From the IMG/VR virus record IMGVR_UViG_2734482770_000007: a stretch of 37,921 nt of DNA, one strand, 5' to 3'. Positions 9,461 through 18,659 of the stretch are shown in pieces. Each line of letters begins with the position of its first letter. The first letter of the stretch is position 1. Below the pieces are notes generated by a model. That model saw nothing but the letters and a program-made list of their open reading frames with translations, made no database searches and was not told the DNA's origin. Source of the DNA: a virus (Duplodnaviria > Heunggongvirae > Uroviricota > Caudoviricetes). The position numbers were made by a program, and so were the translations under genes.

Positions 9461-9631
9461 ATGGGGGACTATTTTGGGCAACGAGTGAAACGAGGCGTTA
9501 GGTGGACGGCCATTTTGATAAGTGATCGTCCGCTTTTTGTTCTGAGTTCAAGCGATGGATTTAACACACTGGTTGAAGCAGAAGTATCTAAGTTCAATTT
9601 ATATTATTTGAAGGGCACTGGTCTGATGTAG
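9461..9631 (+). CDS. Hypothetical small protein in hotspot
   Basis: 56-aa ORF from ATG 9461 with AAGAGGA Shine-Dalgarno; track lists a longer version from 9437 (non-ATG start). Confidence 0.3.
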   Translation: MGDYFGQRVKRGVRWTAILISDRPLFVLSSSDGFNTLVEAEVSKFNLYYLKGTGLM

Positions 9632-9717
9632 TACGATTTTTGCCGGAGATGGCATGTTCTATATTGATCTCATCCATATAATGATTGGTATTATTAGCTT
9701 AGTTTAAAGAGGATTGA

Positions 9718-11295
9718 ATGGATATCAACTATGTTGTTTCAAAAATGGGGTTCGTAGATGATCTTATTAATGCAGGTTCATTTGATTCTGCCTATAAAAA
9801 TGTAAAGGATATTCTTAACGGTATCGATGAGATAAATACAATCAAAGAAAATAGAATAATTATATTATCTAATTTGGCCGGAAATCTTATTGATATCGGA
9901 AGTTTTAGTAATGTAAAAAATATAGCGGAGGAAGGCTTAAATATCTTTATAAACAATAAAAATGAATTTCTGACTATAATGAAAGAATCCTTATATTACT
10001 ATAACTTGGCAAATGGAATGAGCGCAGTTCTTGATTTTAATCCTAATGACAATGCAGATATTGATAGTTTCATTAAGCTGAATGATGTAAAAAATAATTA
10101 CTGGAAAGCGTTTAAACTTTCACAAGAAGATGGATGGGTGCCCCCTGATTTAATAGTTAATCTAGCTAATGTATTAAAAAAACAATATCGTATATCTGAA
10201 TCAATGGATTATTATGAACAAGCAATATCTATTGATAACTCAATTCCTCAGGCGTGGGTAAACAGATCTGAGGCATTAGAATTGCTTAATGAATTATCTA
10301 CAACATATACATATAAAATGATTAAAGAAGTTATTCGAGGTTATGAGTGTGCAATAAAGTCAGGGAAATGTTTTCCTTCATGGAAGGTTGCTCTTCAAAG
10401 AAAAATAAAGTACAACGAAAGTATATTGAGTGAATCATGTGTATATGGCATAGAGGATATAAGTACAGATGAAAGGCTCACGCAGGAGGAGTATGATACT
10501 TTATCAAACTACCAGAGGTTTTGTATAGATAATAATCTAATGTTGTCTGATCATTCGCTATATTGCAATTGTTATGCGTCATCTAAAGATAATATAACTA
10601 TTGCTACCACCGAGGAAGGTGTGTTTGGTGATTTTATAGTGCCAATGGAAATGGTGTTAAATAGACTTAAAGCTGAGTATTCCTTAGCACGAAAAATGTT
10701 TTTTGAATATAAGGTTGATAGTGAGTTTTTTGATGAGGATTCGGAGGTATGTTATTCTGAATTGTATAATGGAGAAATATTGTATGAAAATGTTGAGAAG
10801 TTAAGGGTTGCATTTAGAGCTTGCTTTGGTATCTTGGATAAAATAGCAGTTGCTCTGTGTCAATTATTTGATTTAAAACCAGATAGAGGACATATATACT
10901 TTCATAACTTCTGGCGGATTAGTGATGAAAAAAGAAAGCTTAAAATAAACAAAATAAATAATAAAGGATTGCTGGGTTTGTTTAGTATTGCTATGGATTT
11001 GAATGATAAAAATGGTGAGCTTGCTTTTTTTAAAGAATGGAGGAATGATTTAGAACATAAACTGTTAGTTATTCACGAGAAAGACATGTTAGTTGATTTA
11101 TATAATTCTTATGGGTTTTTTGATGAGGTGAGGTTTATTGAGAAAGAAAAGTTTGAGAAACAGCTCTTACAACTCATGAAAATTGTGAGATCAGCCGTTA
11201 TTCTTTTTGTGTTTACCATACGTATAGAGGGGAAAAAAAGTATTCCTAAAGATATGTTGACCATTAAAAATACCATCGAGAGAAAAGTATTGTAG
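9718..11295 (+). CDS. Cargo protein of unknown function; TPR-like N-terminal region, C-terminal HEPN-like Rx4H motif
   Basis: 525-aa ORF, strongly AT-rich by eye; AAGAGGA-like SD (AAAGAGGATTGAATG); helical repeat-like segment YYEQAISIDNSIPQAWVNRSEALELL; C-terminal EWRNDLEHK fits HEPN R-x4-H; followed by hairpin tcatcg-agc-cgatga plus T-run. Confidence 0.7.
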   Translation: MDINYVVSKMGFVDDLINAGSFDSAYKNVKDILNGIDEINTIKENRIIILSNLAGNLIDIGSFSNVKNIAEEGLNIFINNKNEFLTIMKESLYYYNLANGMSAVLDFNPNDNADIDSFIKLNDVKNNYWKAFKLSQEDGWVPPDLIVNLANVLKKQYRISESMDYYEQAISIDNSIPQAWVNRSEALELLNELSTTYTYKMIKEVIRGYECAIKSGKCFPSWKVALQRKIKYNESILSESCVYGIEDISTDERLTQEEYDTLSNYQRFCIDNNLMLSDHSLYCNCYASSKDNITIATTEEGVFGDFIVPMEMVLNRLKAEYSLARKMFFEYKVDSEFFDEDSEVCYSELYNGEILYENVEKLRVAFRACFGILDKIAVALCQLFDLKPDRGHIYFHNFWRISDEKRKLKINKINNKGLLGLFSIAMDLNDKNGELAFFKEWRNDLEHKLLVIHEKDMLVDLYNSYGFFDEVRFIEKEKFEKQLLQLMKIVRSAVILFVFTIRIEGKKSIPKDMLTIKNTIERKVL

Positions 11296-11617
11296 TATAT
11301 TTTCATCGAGCGATGAAACGGTCTGTTTTTCTTTATAGTTTTGTCATAAAAAAGAGATTTCCTGCTTAAAATTTGGCTATTACAGAGCAACTATGTATGT
11401 TCCTCGCTCACAGTAGAGCTTCATCTTTGTAAGTCTGTATGTTTCGTTTTTCAAGTGGTCATTCAGATACGGACTTTCACTTCTCTTAGACAGTGCATGA
11501 CTATGCTGCATGAAATCGCATGATCGTTTAAGGATCGTTTTTGCTAAGGCTCGCCAGAACTAGCGGGCTTTTACGTAGAACATGCAGGTGCATGAAAACC
11601 ACTACATAAAGCGGGCA

Positions 11618-11636
11618 GGCGTGGCGGGGATACGAG
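11618..11636 (+). other. Candidate cos (cohesive end) core
   Basis: GGCGTGGCGGGGATACGAG followed by GCGCGC resembles my recollection of the P2 19-nt cohesive end GGCGAGGCGGGGAAAGCAC; located in a 546-bp noncoding region adjacent to the portal-terminase operon, oriented as in P2. Confidence 0.3.
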
Positions 11637-11841
11637 CGCGCACTCTGGGGTAAAATGGTCAAAATCCACCGCAATTTACTGGCTCGGGAACGTAGTTAGT
11701 TTTGTAGGTATAAACGGCTCTCACGTTAGATAGGCATGCAGGATGTGTTAAATCGTTGTGATGAAGTTAACGGTGACTGAGACAGTTTAGGTCTAAGATA
11801 TAACTTCTGGGTTAGTTAAAAATTGGAATAGTAAGACATTT

Positions 11842-12138
11842 ATGAAAACTACTTATAGCTATGATTTTCAATATATGCGCAAAGGTCAGGATCGCCCTGA
11901 TGATGATGGAGAGGTTGTAGGGTGTAATTCAGAAGACAACTCGCTTTTGATGCTTCCAAATGTGGGAGACTACGTAACAATTACGAATAAGGGTGGGCGT
12001 GCTCAATTTGATGGGCGGGTGAAAACAAGGCTTTTCAATTACCTACGCATTGCTGATGGTCATGTTCATTGCTCCATTTGCATTGTAGTTGAGGAAGTTG
12101 ATATGGACTCCGTATGGGGGGCACTAATTAAAGAATAA
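11842..12138 (+). CDS. Hypothetical protein between cos and portal gene
   Basis: 98-aa ORF, no recognisable motifs; P2 has no gene at this position; followed by hairpin terminator. Confidence 0.5.
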   Translation: MKTTYSYDFQYMRKGQDRPDDDGEVVGCNSEDNSLLMLPNVGDYVTITNKGGRAQFDGRVKTRLFNYLRIADGHVHCSICIVVEEVDMDSVWGALIKE

Positions 12139-12144
12139 TAGAAT

Positions 12145-12160
12145 GCCTGCAAATGCAGGC
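12145..12160. terminator. Bidirectional hairpin between convergent 98-aa ORF and portal gene
   Basis: gcctgc-aaat-gcaggc perfect stem; T-rich on plus side (gctttaattt). Confidence 0.45.
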
Positions 12161-12168
12161 GCTTTAAT

Positions 12169-13209
12169 TTACTCAGAAATATCTAAGTTGTAAGATTCAA
12201 AGCAAATCACTTTTTCACCTAGCCAGTTGTTCAGCTCTTGCAGCCGCTTTTGCAGTGGCATCAGTTCATTGCGGACAAACACTCGACTAGCCTTCTCCAC
12301 ATCCCCAAACCCCCCGACATTATTAGGCATTATCCCCATCATTTGTGGCGGCACACGATGCGCCGCCATCATGTCGTCCCGGCTCACGTTCTTGATATTC
12401 AGGAACTCATCCTTCGCCGCCACTTCTGACAACGGGATAATCTGAAGCCCGTCCTTTTTACCGTTAGGCGAGTACATAAACAGGTTACGGAAGTTACCAG
12501 GACCTTTGGCGCTTTTCATCGCATTGCGGAGGTTGTTCACATCCTCCTGGTTCTGCGCAGCATCGGTCATGTACATGATGAAGCCTGCATGACTGCCGTT
12601 AATGTAATACTTGCGGCGGAACAGCGTGGCGGACTCGTTGAGCAGAGCTGACGGAATGGCAGAAAGATAACCGGGCAGGCCGTAGATCTCCTGGTTAATG
12701 TCCGGTTCCATTAGATGAAAAATGCTGCCTTTCGTGAACTGATACGGCTGGGTTGTCATACCGTATTGCACAAACCAGTAGGTATCCAGGTCTAACCCGC
12801 GTCGGGTGTATTTTGCCAGTGCAGGCTCAAGGGCGATAACTTCACCGAAGCGGTTCGTGCGTTTCTCCAGGTAGGCGTTACCAAAAACCAGATAGTCCTG
12901 CACAAAACGCGAAAAAGCCTGCTGGCTGAGCAGCGGGTGAGGGATGTAGGTGCTGGTCAGAATGTTGCACTTCACTGCAATCGGTGAGCTGTGATGCACG
13001 GCGGCGCGGAAGGTTCGCGCCAGTCCGTCGAAACTCACAGGCGGCTCATACCAACGATCCATCTGTACGCATTCCACATAGTCCAGCAGTTCGCGGCGGT
13101 CCAGAACAGGAACGGGATCACCGAAGCTGAATGCTTCGGCTGAAGTCTGGCTTTTATGCTGGATCTGTTTCGTCGACGCAGCGCGGTTCTTCTTACTCTT
13201 TCCCATCAA
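12169..13209 (-). CDS. Q: Portal protein (P2 gpQ family)
   Basis: 346 aa (P2 Q about 344 aa); leftward, upstream partner of terminase in a Q-P operon divergent from O-N-M-L. Confidence 0.9.
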   Translation of the reverse strand: MMGKSKKNRAASTKQIQHKSQTSAEAFSFGDPVPVLDRRELLDYVECVQMDRWYEPPVSFDGLARTFRAAVHHSSPIAVKCNILTSTYIPHPLLSQQAFSRFVQDYLVFGNAYLEKRTNRFGEVIALEPALAKYTRRGLDLDTYWFVQYGMTTQPYQFTKGSIFHLMEPDINQEIYGLPGYLSAIPSALLNESATLFRRKYYINGSHAGFIMYMTDAAQNQEDVNNLRNAMKSAKGPGNFRNLFMYSPNGKKDGLQIIPLSEVAAKDEFLNIKNVSRDDMMAAHRVPPQMMGIMPNNVGGFGDVEKASRVFVRNELMPLQKRLQELNNWLGEKVICFESYNLDISE

Positions 13210-14972
13210 AAAATCTCCACAATATTGCTGGTATTGGCGGACTCGCCCTGCAGCGGTTCGTTAAACAGTGCGTGCATTGTTGCCCAGGCCAGATCGGCAT
13301 GGCTGGCTTCTTCGCTGCGGCTGGCTTCATAGGTCGGGCGGTTGCCACTGGCAGTGGTAGCGCGACGGATTGCCATAAATGACTGCGCAATGTCGGTGTG
13401 CCCGGCGTCAAACTCCAGACGGCGGTGGCTGATAATGTCGTAGGCCTTGAGTACCAGGGCGTTTTTAACGTTGGGGTTGTAGACAAACTCCCTGACGGCA
13501 GGAAAAAACGCTTTCACGTTCTCGTAAACCCCGTGACCGACGCCGGTCGAGTCGATGCCGATATAGGTCACGTTGTACTGTTCGGTCAGTTTTTTGATGG
13601 CGTCAGCCTGGGCGCGGAAGTCCATCCCGCGCCACTGGTGACGCTCAAGAATGCGGAACTTACCACCCGGCACGGCTGGCGGAGCCACCACCACGCATCC
13701 GGCACTATCGCCGTTCTGCGTACCTTTTGCCGGGTCATAACCGATCCACACCTCGCGCCAGCCAAACGGGCGCAGCGCCAGTGCATGAAAGTCGGTCCAG
13801 ACTTCCCAGCTGTCCACCATGCACGCCTGCAGCTCGCTGAGCGGAAACACGGACGCGAGATCGTCCACAAACTCGCACATCAGCAGGTTCTGGTATTCGT
13901 CCGGGCTGTACTCCATGCGCAACTGGTCAAGGTCGAACAGGTTACAGCCGCCGCGCACCGCATCTTCCACGGTGACTATCTGGCGGTATTGCCCGTCTGC
14001 GCACAGCAGGCCGGGGGCCAGATTGCTGTGGGACAGGTCGATGTCCACCTTATCGGCTTTGTTGCGCCCACGGTTGAACAGCGCACCGGACCAGAACGGA
14101 TAAGCACTGTGTGTCAGACTGGATGGCGTGGAAAAATAGGTTTGTCGCCATTTTTTGTGAATAGCCATACCGGAAGCCACTTTGCGCAGCTCCTGGAATT
14201 TCGGTATCCAGAAATATTCATCCAGATACAGGTTGCCGTGGTAACTCTGGGCCGTGCGGGCATTGGTGCCGAGGAAGTAAAGCGTGGCCCCGTTAGGAAG
14301 CACCATCGGATCGCCTTTCAGCTCCACCTCCACTTCTTTGGCAAAGTCGATGATGTACTGTTTAAAGACGTGAGCCTGAGCCTTGCTGGCAGAAAGGAAA
14401 ATCTGGTTACGCCCGGTCAGCAGGGCGTCAATCAGGGCTTCACGGGCAAAGTAAAAGGTCGCGCCGATCTGGCGAGACTTCAGCAGGTTGCGGATGCGAT
14501 TGGTTTTTCCGGCTTCCCACCAGTGGCGCTGGTAGTTGAACATGGAGGAATGGAAGATTTCTTCCAGCTTCTCAATCTGTTCATCGGTGAAAACATTCTT
14601 TTCCGGCTGACGGCGCGGGCCTTTGTTGCGGTTGGCGACGTTAGGGTTTAAGTCGGCTTCGTTGCCGCCATTGTTAAACTTGCCGATGCGCGCGTGGCGC
14701 TCCGACTGGCGCGCCAGCAGGTCAATCTCTTTGAAATCTTTCCCTTCTTTGTGCTCCTTCATAATGAGCTGGCAGTAGCGTGCGGCGGTGGTGAGCTGCA
14801 TCTGATCCAGCGGCCCATAGTCACCCCACTTGTCGCGTTTTTTCCAGCTATGAACGGTTGCAACTTTCTCGCCCAGCATTTCAGCAATGCGGGCGACGCG
14901 GTATCCCTGAAAGTACAGCAGCATGGCCTGCCGACGGGGATCGAGATCTGCGGGTGTCAGTGTGGTGTTCAT
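13206..14972 (-). CDS. P: Terminase large (ATPase) subunit (P2 gpP family)
   Basis: 588 aa (P2 P about 590 aa); overlaps portal start by 4 nt; divergent from scaffold gene. Confidence 0.9.
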   Translation of the reverse strand: MNTTLTPADLDPRRQAMLLYFQGYRVARIAEMLGEKVATVHSWKKRDKWGDYGPLDQMQLTTAARYCQLIMKEHKEGKDFKEIDLLARQSERHARIGKFNNGGNEADLNPNVANRNKGPRRQPEKNVFTDEQIEKLEEIFHSSMFNYQRHWWEAGKTNRIRNLLKSRQIGATFYFAREALIDALLTGRNQIFLSASKAQAHVFKQYIIDFAKEVEVELKGDPMVLPNGATLYFLGTNARTAQSYHGNLYLDEYFWIPKFQELRKVASGMAIHKKWRQTYFSTPSSLTHSAYPFWSGALFNRGRNKADKVDIDLSHSNLAPGLLCADGQYRQIVTVEDAVRGGCNLFDLDQLRMEYSPDEYQNLLMCEFVDDLASVFPLSELQACMVDSWEVWTDFHALALRPFGWREVWIGYDPAKGTQNGDSAGCVVVAPPAVPGGKFRILERHQWRGMDFRAQADAIKKLTEQYNVTYIGIDSTGVGHGVYENVKAFFPAVREFVYNPNVKNALVLKAYDIISHRRLEFDAGHTDIAQSFMAIRRATTASGNRPTYEASRSEEASHADLAWATMHALFNEPLQGESANTSNIVEIF

Positions 14973-15018
14973 GGCACAAACCTACAGCCTTGAATGAAGG
15001 CTTTCCCCGCCTGCGGTT

Positions 15019-15036
15019 TGTGTGGTTGTCGGTACA
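15019..15036. promoter_or_regulatory. Late-promoter activator box TGT-N12-ACA (Ogr/B site) upstream of O
   Basis: TGTGTGGTTGTCGGTACA read directly in the P/O divergent intergenic region, about 80 nt upstream of O start. Confidence 0.5.
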
Positions 15037-15114
15037 AATACCGCGCATTGTTTCACTGCCCCCATCACCGCAACCATAAGGCTCCAGTAAGTTTTTTCTA
15101 ACGGAGCACGGCTC

Positions 15115-15948
15115 ATGACAGTGAAAGCAAAGCGTTTTCGCATCGGGGTGGAAGGTGCCACCACCGATGGACGCGAAATCCAGCGTGAATGGCTGGAACA
15201 GATGGCAGCCAGCTACAACCCGGCGGTGTATACCGCGCTGATTAACCTTGAGCACATCAAGTCTTATCTGCCGGACAGCACCTTTAACCGCTACGGCAAG
15301 GTGACGGCGCTGTTTGCTGAAGAAATTACGGAAGGTCCGCTGGCAGGCAAGATGGCATTGTATGCCGACGTTGAGCCAACGGAGTCCCTGGTGGAACTGG
15401 TGAAAAAAGGCCAGAAATTATTCACCTCTATGGAAGTCAGCCCGAAGTTTGCTGATACGGGCAAAGCCTACCTGGTCGGCCTGGCTGCCACTGATGATCC
15501 AGCCAGTCTGGGTACGGAAATGCTGACATTCAGCGCCAGTGCAGCCCATAACCCGCTGGCAAACCGCAAGCAGAATCCTGCCAATCTCTTTACCGCTGCA
15601 GAGGAAACGGTGATCGAACTGGAAGAAGTCCAGGATGACAAACCGTCCCTGTTTGCCCGCGTCACGGCGTTGTTTACCAAAAAAGAGCAGTCCGATGACG
15701 CCCGGTTCGCTGATGTGCATAAGGCCGTGGAGCTGGTCGCCACTGAGCAGCAGAACCTGAGCGCACGCACCGAAAAATCCCTGTCTGAGCAGGAAGAACG
15801 CCTGTCTGAACTGGAGACTGCTCTGCAGGAGCAGCAAACCGCCTTTAACGAACTGGTGAATAAGTTGAGTCATGAAGACAGCCGCCAGGACTACCGCCAG
15901 CGTGCAACAGGCGGTAACGCCCCCGCTGACACTCTGACCAATTGCTGA
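15115..15948 (+). CDS. O: Capsid scaffolding protein (P2 gpO family)
   Basis: 277 aa; motifs FRIGVEG..TDGR, INLEH, YLVGLAATDDPASLGTE, SDDARFADVH match my recollection of P2 gpO. Confidence 0.85.
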   Translation: MTVKAKRFRIGVEGATTDGREIQREWLEQMAASYNPAVYTALINLEHIKSYLPDSTFNRYGKVTALFAEEITEGPLAGKMALYADVEPTESLVELVKKGQKLFTSMEVSPKFADTGKAYLVGLAATDDPASLGTEMLTFSASAAHNPLANRKQNPANLFTAAEETVIELEEVQDDKPSLFARVTALFTKKEQSDDARFADVHKAVELVATEQQNLSARTEKSLSEQEERLSELETALQEQQTAFNELVNKLSHEDSRQDYRQRATGGNAPADTLTNC

Positions 15949-15964
15949 TGGAGCACAAAACCTG

Positions 15965-17023
15965 ATGAAGAAGAATACCCGCTTTGCTTTTAACGCTTAC
16001 CTGCAGCAGCTGGCGCGTCTGAACGGTGTGGCAGTTGAAGAACTGTCCAGCAAGTTCACCGTGGAGCCGTCTGTACAGCAGACGCTGGAAGACCAGATCC
16101 AGCAGTCTGCCGCTTTCCTGACGCTGATTAACGTCACGCCAGTGACTGAGCAGTCCGGTCAGCTGCTGGGGTTGGGTGTTGGTAGCACCATTGCCGGAAC
16201 CACTGACACCACCGCGAAAGAGCGTGAACCTGTCGATCCTACGCTGATGGTCGATGTGGAATACAAATGCGAGCAGACCAACTTTGACACGGTACTGACC
16301 TACGCGAAGCTGGACCTGTGGGCGAAGTTTCAGGATTTCCAGGTGCGTATCCGTGACGCCATCGTGAAACGTCAGGCACTGGACCGCATCATGATCGGCT
16401 TTAACGGCGTGAAGCGTGCGAAAACCTCCAACCGTAGCGAAAACCCGCTGCTGCAGGATGTGAACAAAGGCTGGCTGCAGAAAATCCGTGAGGATGCACC
16501 GGATCATGTCATGGGCAGCACCACCACGGGCGGTGAAACCACACCGGGCGCGCTGAAAGTCGGGAAAGGTGGCGAATATGCCAACCTGGACGCCGTGGTG
16601 ATGGATGCCGTCAATGAGCTTATCGACGTGGTCTACCAGGACGATGACGATCTGGTGGTGATTTGCGGCCGTGAACTGCTGTCTGACAAGTATTTCCCGC
16701 TGGTCAACAAAGAGCAGGAAAACAGTGAAAAACTGGCTGCCGATATGATCATCAGTCAGAAGCGCATGGGGGGCCTGCAGGCCGTGCGTGCGCCGTTTTT
16801 CCCGCCGAATGCGCTGCTGATCACCCGTCTGGATAACCTGTCCATCTACTGGCAGGAAGACACCCGCCGCCGTTCAGTTATCGACAACCCGAAACGTGAC
16901 CGGATTGAAAACTTTGAATCCGTTAACGAAGCCTATGTGGTTGAGGACTACCGCTGCGCAGCACTGGTGGAAAACATCCAGATTGGCGACTTCAGCGCCG
17001 TCGCAGTAGAAACCGGAGCGTAA
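15965..17023 (+). CDS. N: Major capsid protein (P2 gpN family)
   Basis: 352 aa (P2 N about 357); follows scaffold gene. Confidence 0.9.
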   Translation: MKKNTRFAFNAYLQQLARLNGVAVEELSSKFTVEPSVQQTLEDQIQQSAAFLTLINVTPVTEQSGQLLGLGVGSTIAGTTDTTAKEREPVDPTLMVDVEYKCEQTNFDTVLTYAKLDLWAKFQDFQVRIRDAIVKRQALDRIMIGFNGVKRAKTSNRSENPLLQDVNKGWLQKIREDAPDHVMGSTTTGGETTPGALKVGKGGEYANLDAVVMDAVNELIDVVYQDDDDLVVICGRELLSDKYFPLVNKEQENSEKLAADMIISQKRMGGLQAVRAPFFPPNALLITRLDNLSIYWQEDTRRRSVIDNPKRDRIENFESVNEAYVVEDYRCAALVENIQIGDFSAVAVETGA

Positions 17024-17026
17024 TCC

Positions 17027-17677
17027 ATGAGCCTGAGTCCCGCACGGCAGCATCGCCTGCGCGTTCAGGCTGAACAGGCCGCCCGTGAGGGCGGCAGCGT
17101 TCGCCACGCGTCGGGCTATGACCTGATGCTGCTGCAACTGGCGGAAGACCGCCGCCGTCTCAAGGGCGTTCAGTCCACGGTCAAAAAAGCGGAAATCAAG
17201 GTGGAGCTGCTGCCGAAGTACGCCGCCTGGGCTGAGGGTGTACTGGCTGCCGGAGGCGCTCAACAGGATGACGTGCTGATGTACGTGATGCTGTGGCGCA
17301 TTGATGCCGGAGATTATGCCGGGGCGCTGGAGATCGGGCGTCATGCCCTGCGTCATGGCTGGGTGATGCCGCTGGGTAACCGCAACGTGCAGACCGTGCT
17401 GGCAGAGGAAATGGCAGACGCTGCGCAGAGCGCAATGCTTGCCGCCACCGGCTTTGATGCCGATCTGTTGCTGCAGACGCTGGAGCTGACAGACGGTCTG
17501 GATATGCCGGACCAGTCACGGGCGCGTCTGCATAAAGCGATTGGCACTGTCCTGAGTGAAAGTAATCCGGCTTCCGCCCTTAATCATCTCAACCATGCGT
17601 TACAGCTCGATCCCCGCTGTGGCGTGAAAAAAGACAAACAGCAGCTGGAGCGCAGATTGCGCAATGACAGTCGCTGA
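17027..17677 (+). CDS. M: Terminase small/endonuclease subunit (P2 gpM family)
   Basis: 216 aa, immediately after capsid gene as in P2. Confidence 0.8.
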   Translation: MSLSPARQHRLRVQAEQAAREGGSVRHASGYDLMLLQLAEDRRRLKGVQSTVKKAEIKVELLPKYAAWAEGVLAAGGAQQDDVLMYVMLWRIDAGDYAGALEIGRHALRHGWVMPLGNRNVQTVLAEEMADAAQSAMLAATGFDADLLLQTLELTDGLDMPDQSRARLHKAIGTVLSESNPASALNHLNHALQLDPRCGVKKDKQQLERRLRNDSR

Positions 17678-17772
17678 CAGAACGTGCCCCCGCGCACGGG
17701 CGGCACGGGGTGGCGAAAGGCACCGCCACATCAAAACCTCGTCCACCGCCCTCTATTTCAGGAGAAAGCAGC

Positions 17773-18237
17773 ATGAAGTTTGTTGCGCCAGAACAGGCAC
17801 CGGAACAGGCGGAAATCATCAGAAATACGCCGTTCTGGCCTGATGTGGACCTGTCGGAGTTTCGCAGCGTGATGCGCACTGACGGCACGGTGACGCAGCC
17901 GCGTTTAAAGCAGGTTGCCCTGTCGGCAATTTCGGAGGTCAACGCAGAGCTGTATGAGTTTCGCAGACGCCAGCAGATGCTGGGGTATGCCTCGCTGGCA
18001 GAGGTTCCGGCGGAACAGCTGGACGGCAAAAGTGAGCGCATTCAGCACTATTTCAACGCGGTTTACTGCTGGGCACGCGCCATGCTCAACGAGCGTTATC
18101 AGGACTATGACGCCACAGCGTCTGGTGTGAAGCGAGGCGAGGAACTGGCGGAAGCAAGCGGTGATTTGTGGCGTGACGCCCGCTGGGCCATCAGCCGGGT
18201 GCAGGATGCGCCGCACTGCACAGTGGAGCTTATCTGA
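17773..18237 (+). CDS. L: Head completion/stabilisation protein (P2 gpL family)
   Basis: Start chosen at ATG 17773 with GGAGAAAG SD (track start 17710 lacks SD); synteny. Confidence 0.75.
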   Translation: MKFVAPEQAPEQAEIIRNTPFWPDVDLSEFRSVMRTDGTVTQPRLKQVALSAISEVNAELYEFRRRQQMLGYASLAEVPAEQLDGKSERIQHYFNAVYCWARAMLNERYQDYDATASGVKRGEELAEASGDLWRDARWAISRVQDAPHCTVELI

Positions 18238-18440
18238 TGAAAGTGCGTGCGTATCAGTATGACACGGTGGACGCGCTTTGCTGGCGTCATTACGGGCGCA
18301 CGCAGGGTGTCACGGAGCAGGTACTGAAGGCAAATCCGGGGCTTGCCGAATACGGCCCCTTTTTACCTCACGGGCTGCAGGTGGAGCTGCCGGACATACC
18401 GACAACCACCACCGTGCAGACCGTCCAGCTATGGGACTGA
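18237..18440 (+). CDS. X: Tail protein X (LysM-like, P2 gpX family)
   Basis: 67 aa, identical length to P2 X; start overlaps L stop. Confidence 0.75.
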   Translation: MKVRAYQYDTVDALCWRHYGRTQGVTEQVLKANPGLAEYGPFLPHGLQVELPDIPTTTTVQTVQLWD

Positions 18441-18443
18441 ATT

Positions 18444-18659
18444 ATGACGCTTGAGCGAATCAGCGCCTTTATCACGTACTGCATCGCCGTTGTCCTGGCC
18501 TGGCTGGGCGATTTGTCCATCAAGGATGCCTCAACGCTGGGCGGCCTGATGATTGGTGTGCTGATGCTGGCTATCAACTGGTACTACAAACACAAAGCCT
18601 ACCAGCTTCTGCGCGACGGGCAGATCTCGCGGGAGGACTATGAATCCATCAATCGTTAA
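18444..18659 (+). CDS. Holin
   Basis: 71 aa with two hydrophobic helices and charged C-terminus; immediately upstream of endolysin. Confidence 0.65.
   Translation: MTLERISAFITYCIAVVLAWLGDLSIKDASTLGGLMIGVLMLAINWYYKHKAYQLLRDGQISREDYESINR

Noticed and set aside
11296-11841. Possible retron (msr-msd) in the long noncoding region, since P2-like prophages are known retron carriers
   Set aside because: No reverse transcriptase gene is adjacent; neither flanking protein has a YxDD motif. Kept only as an unexplained noncoding region.
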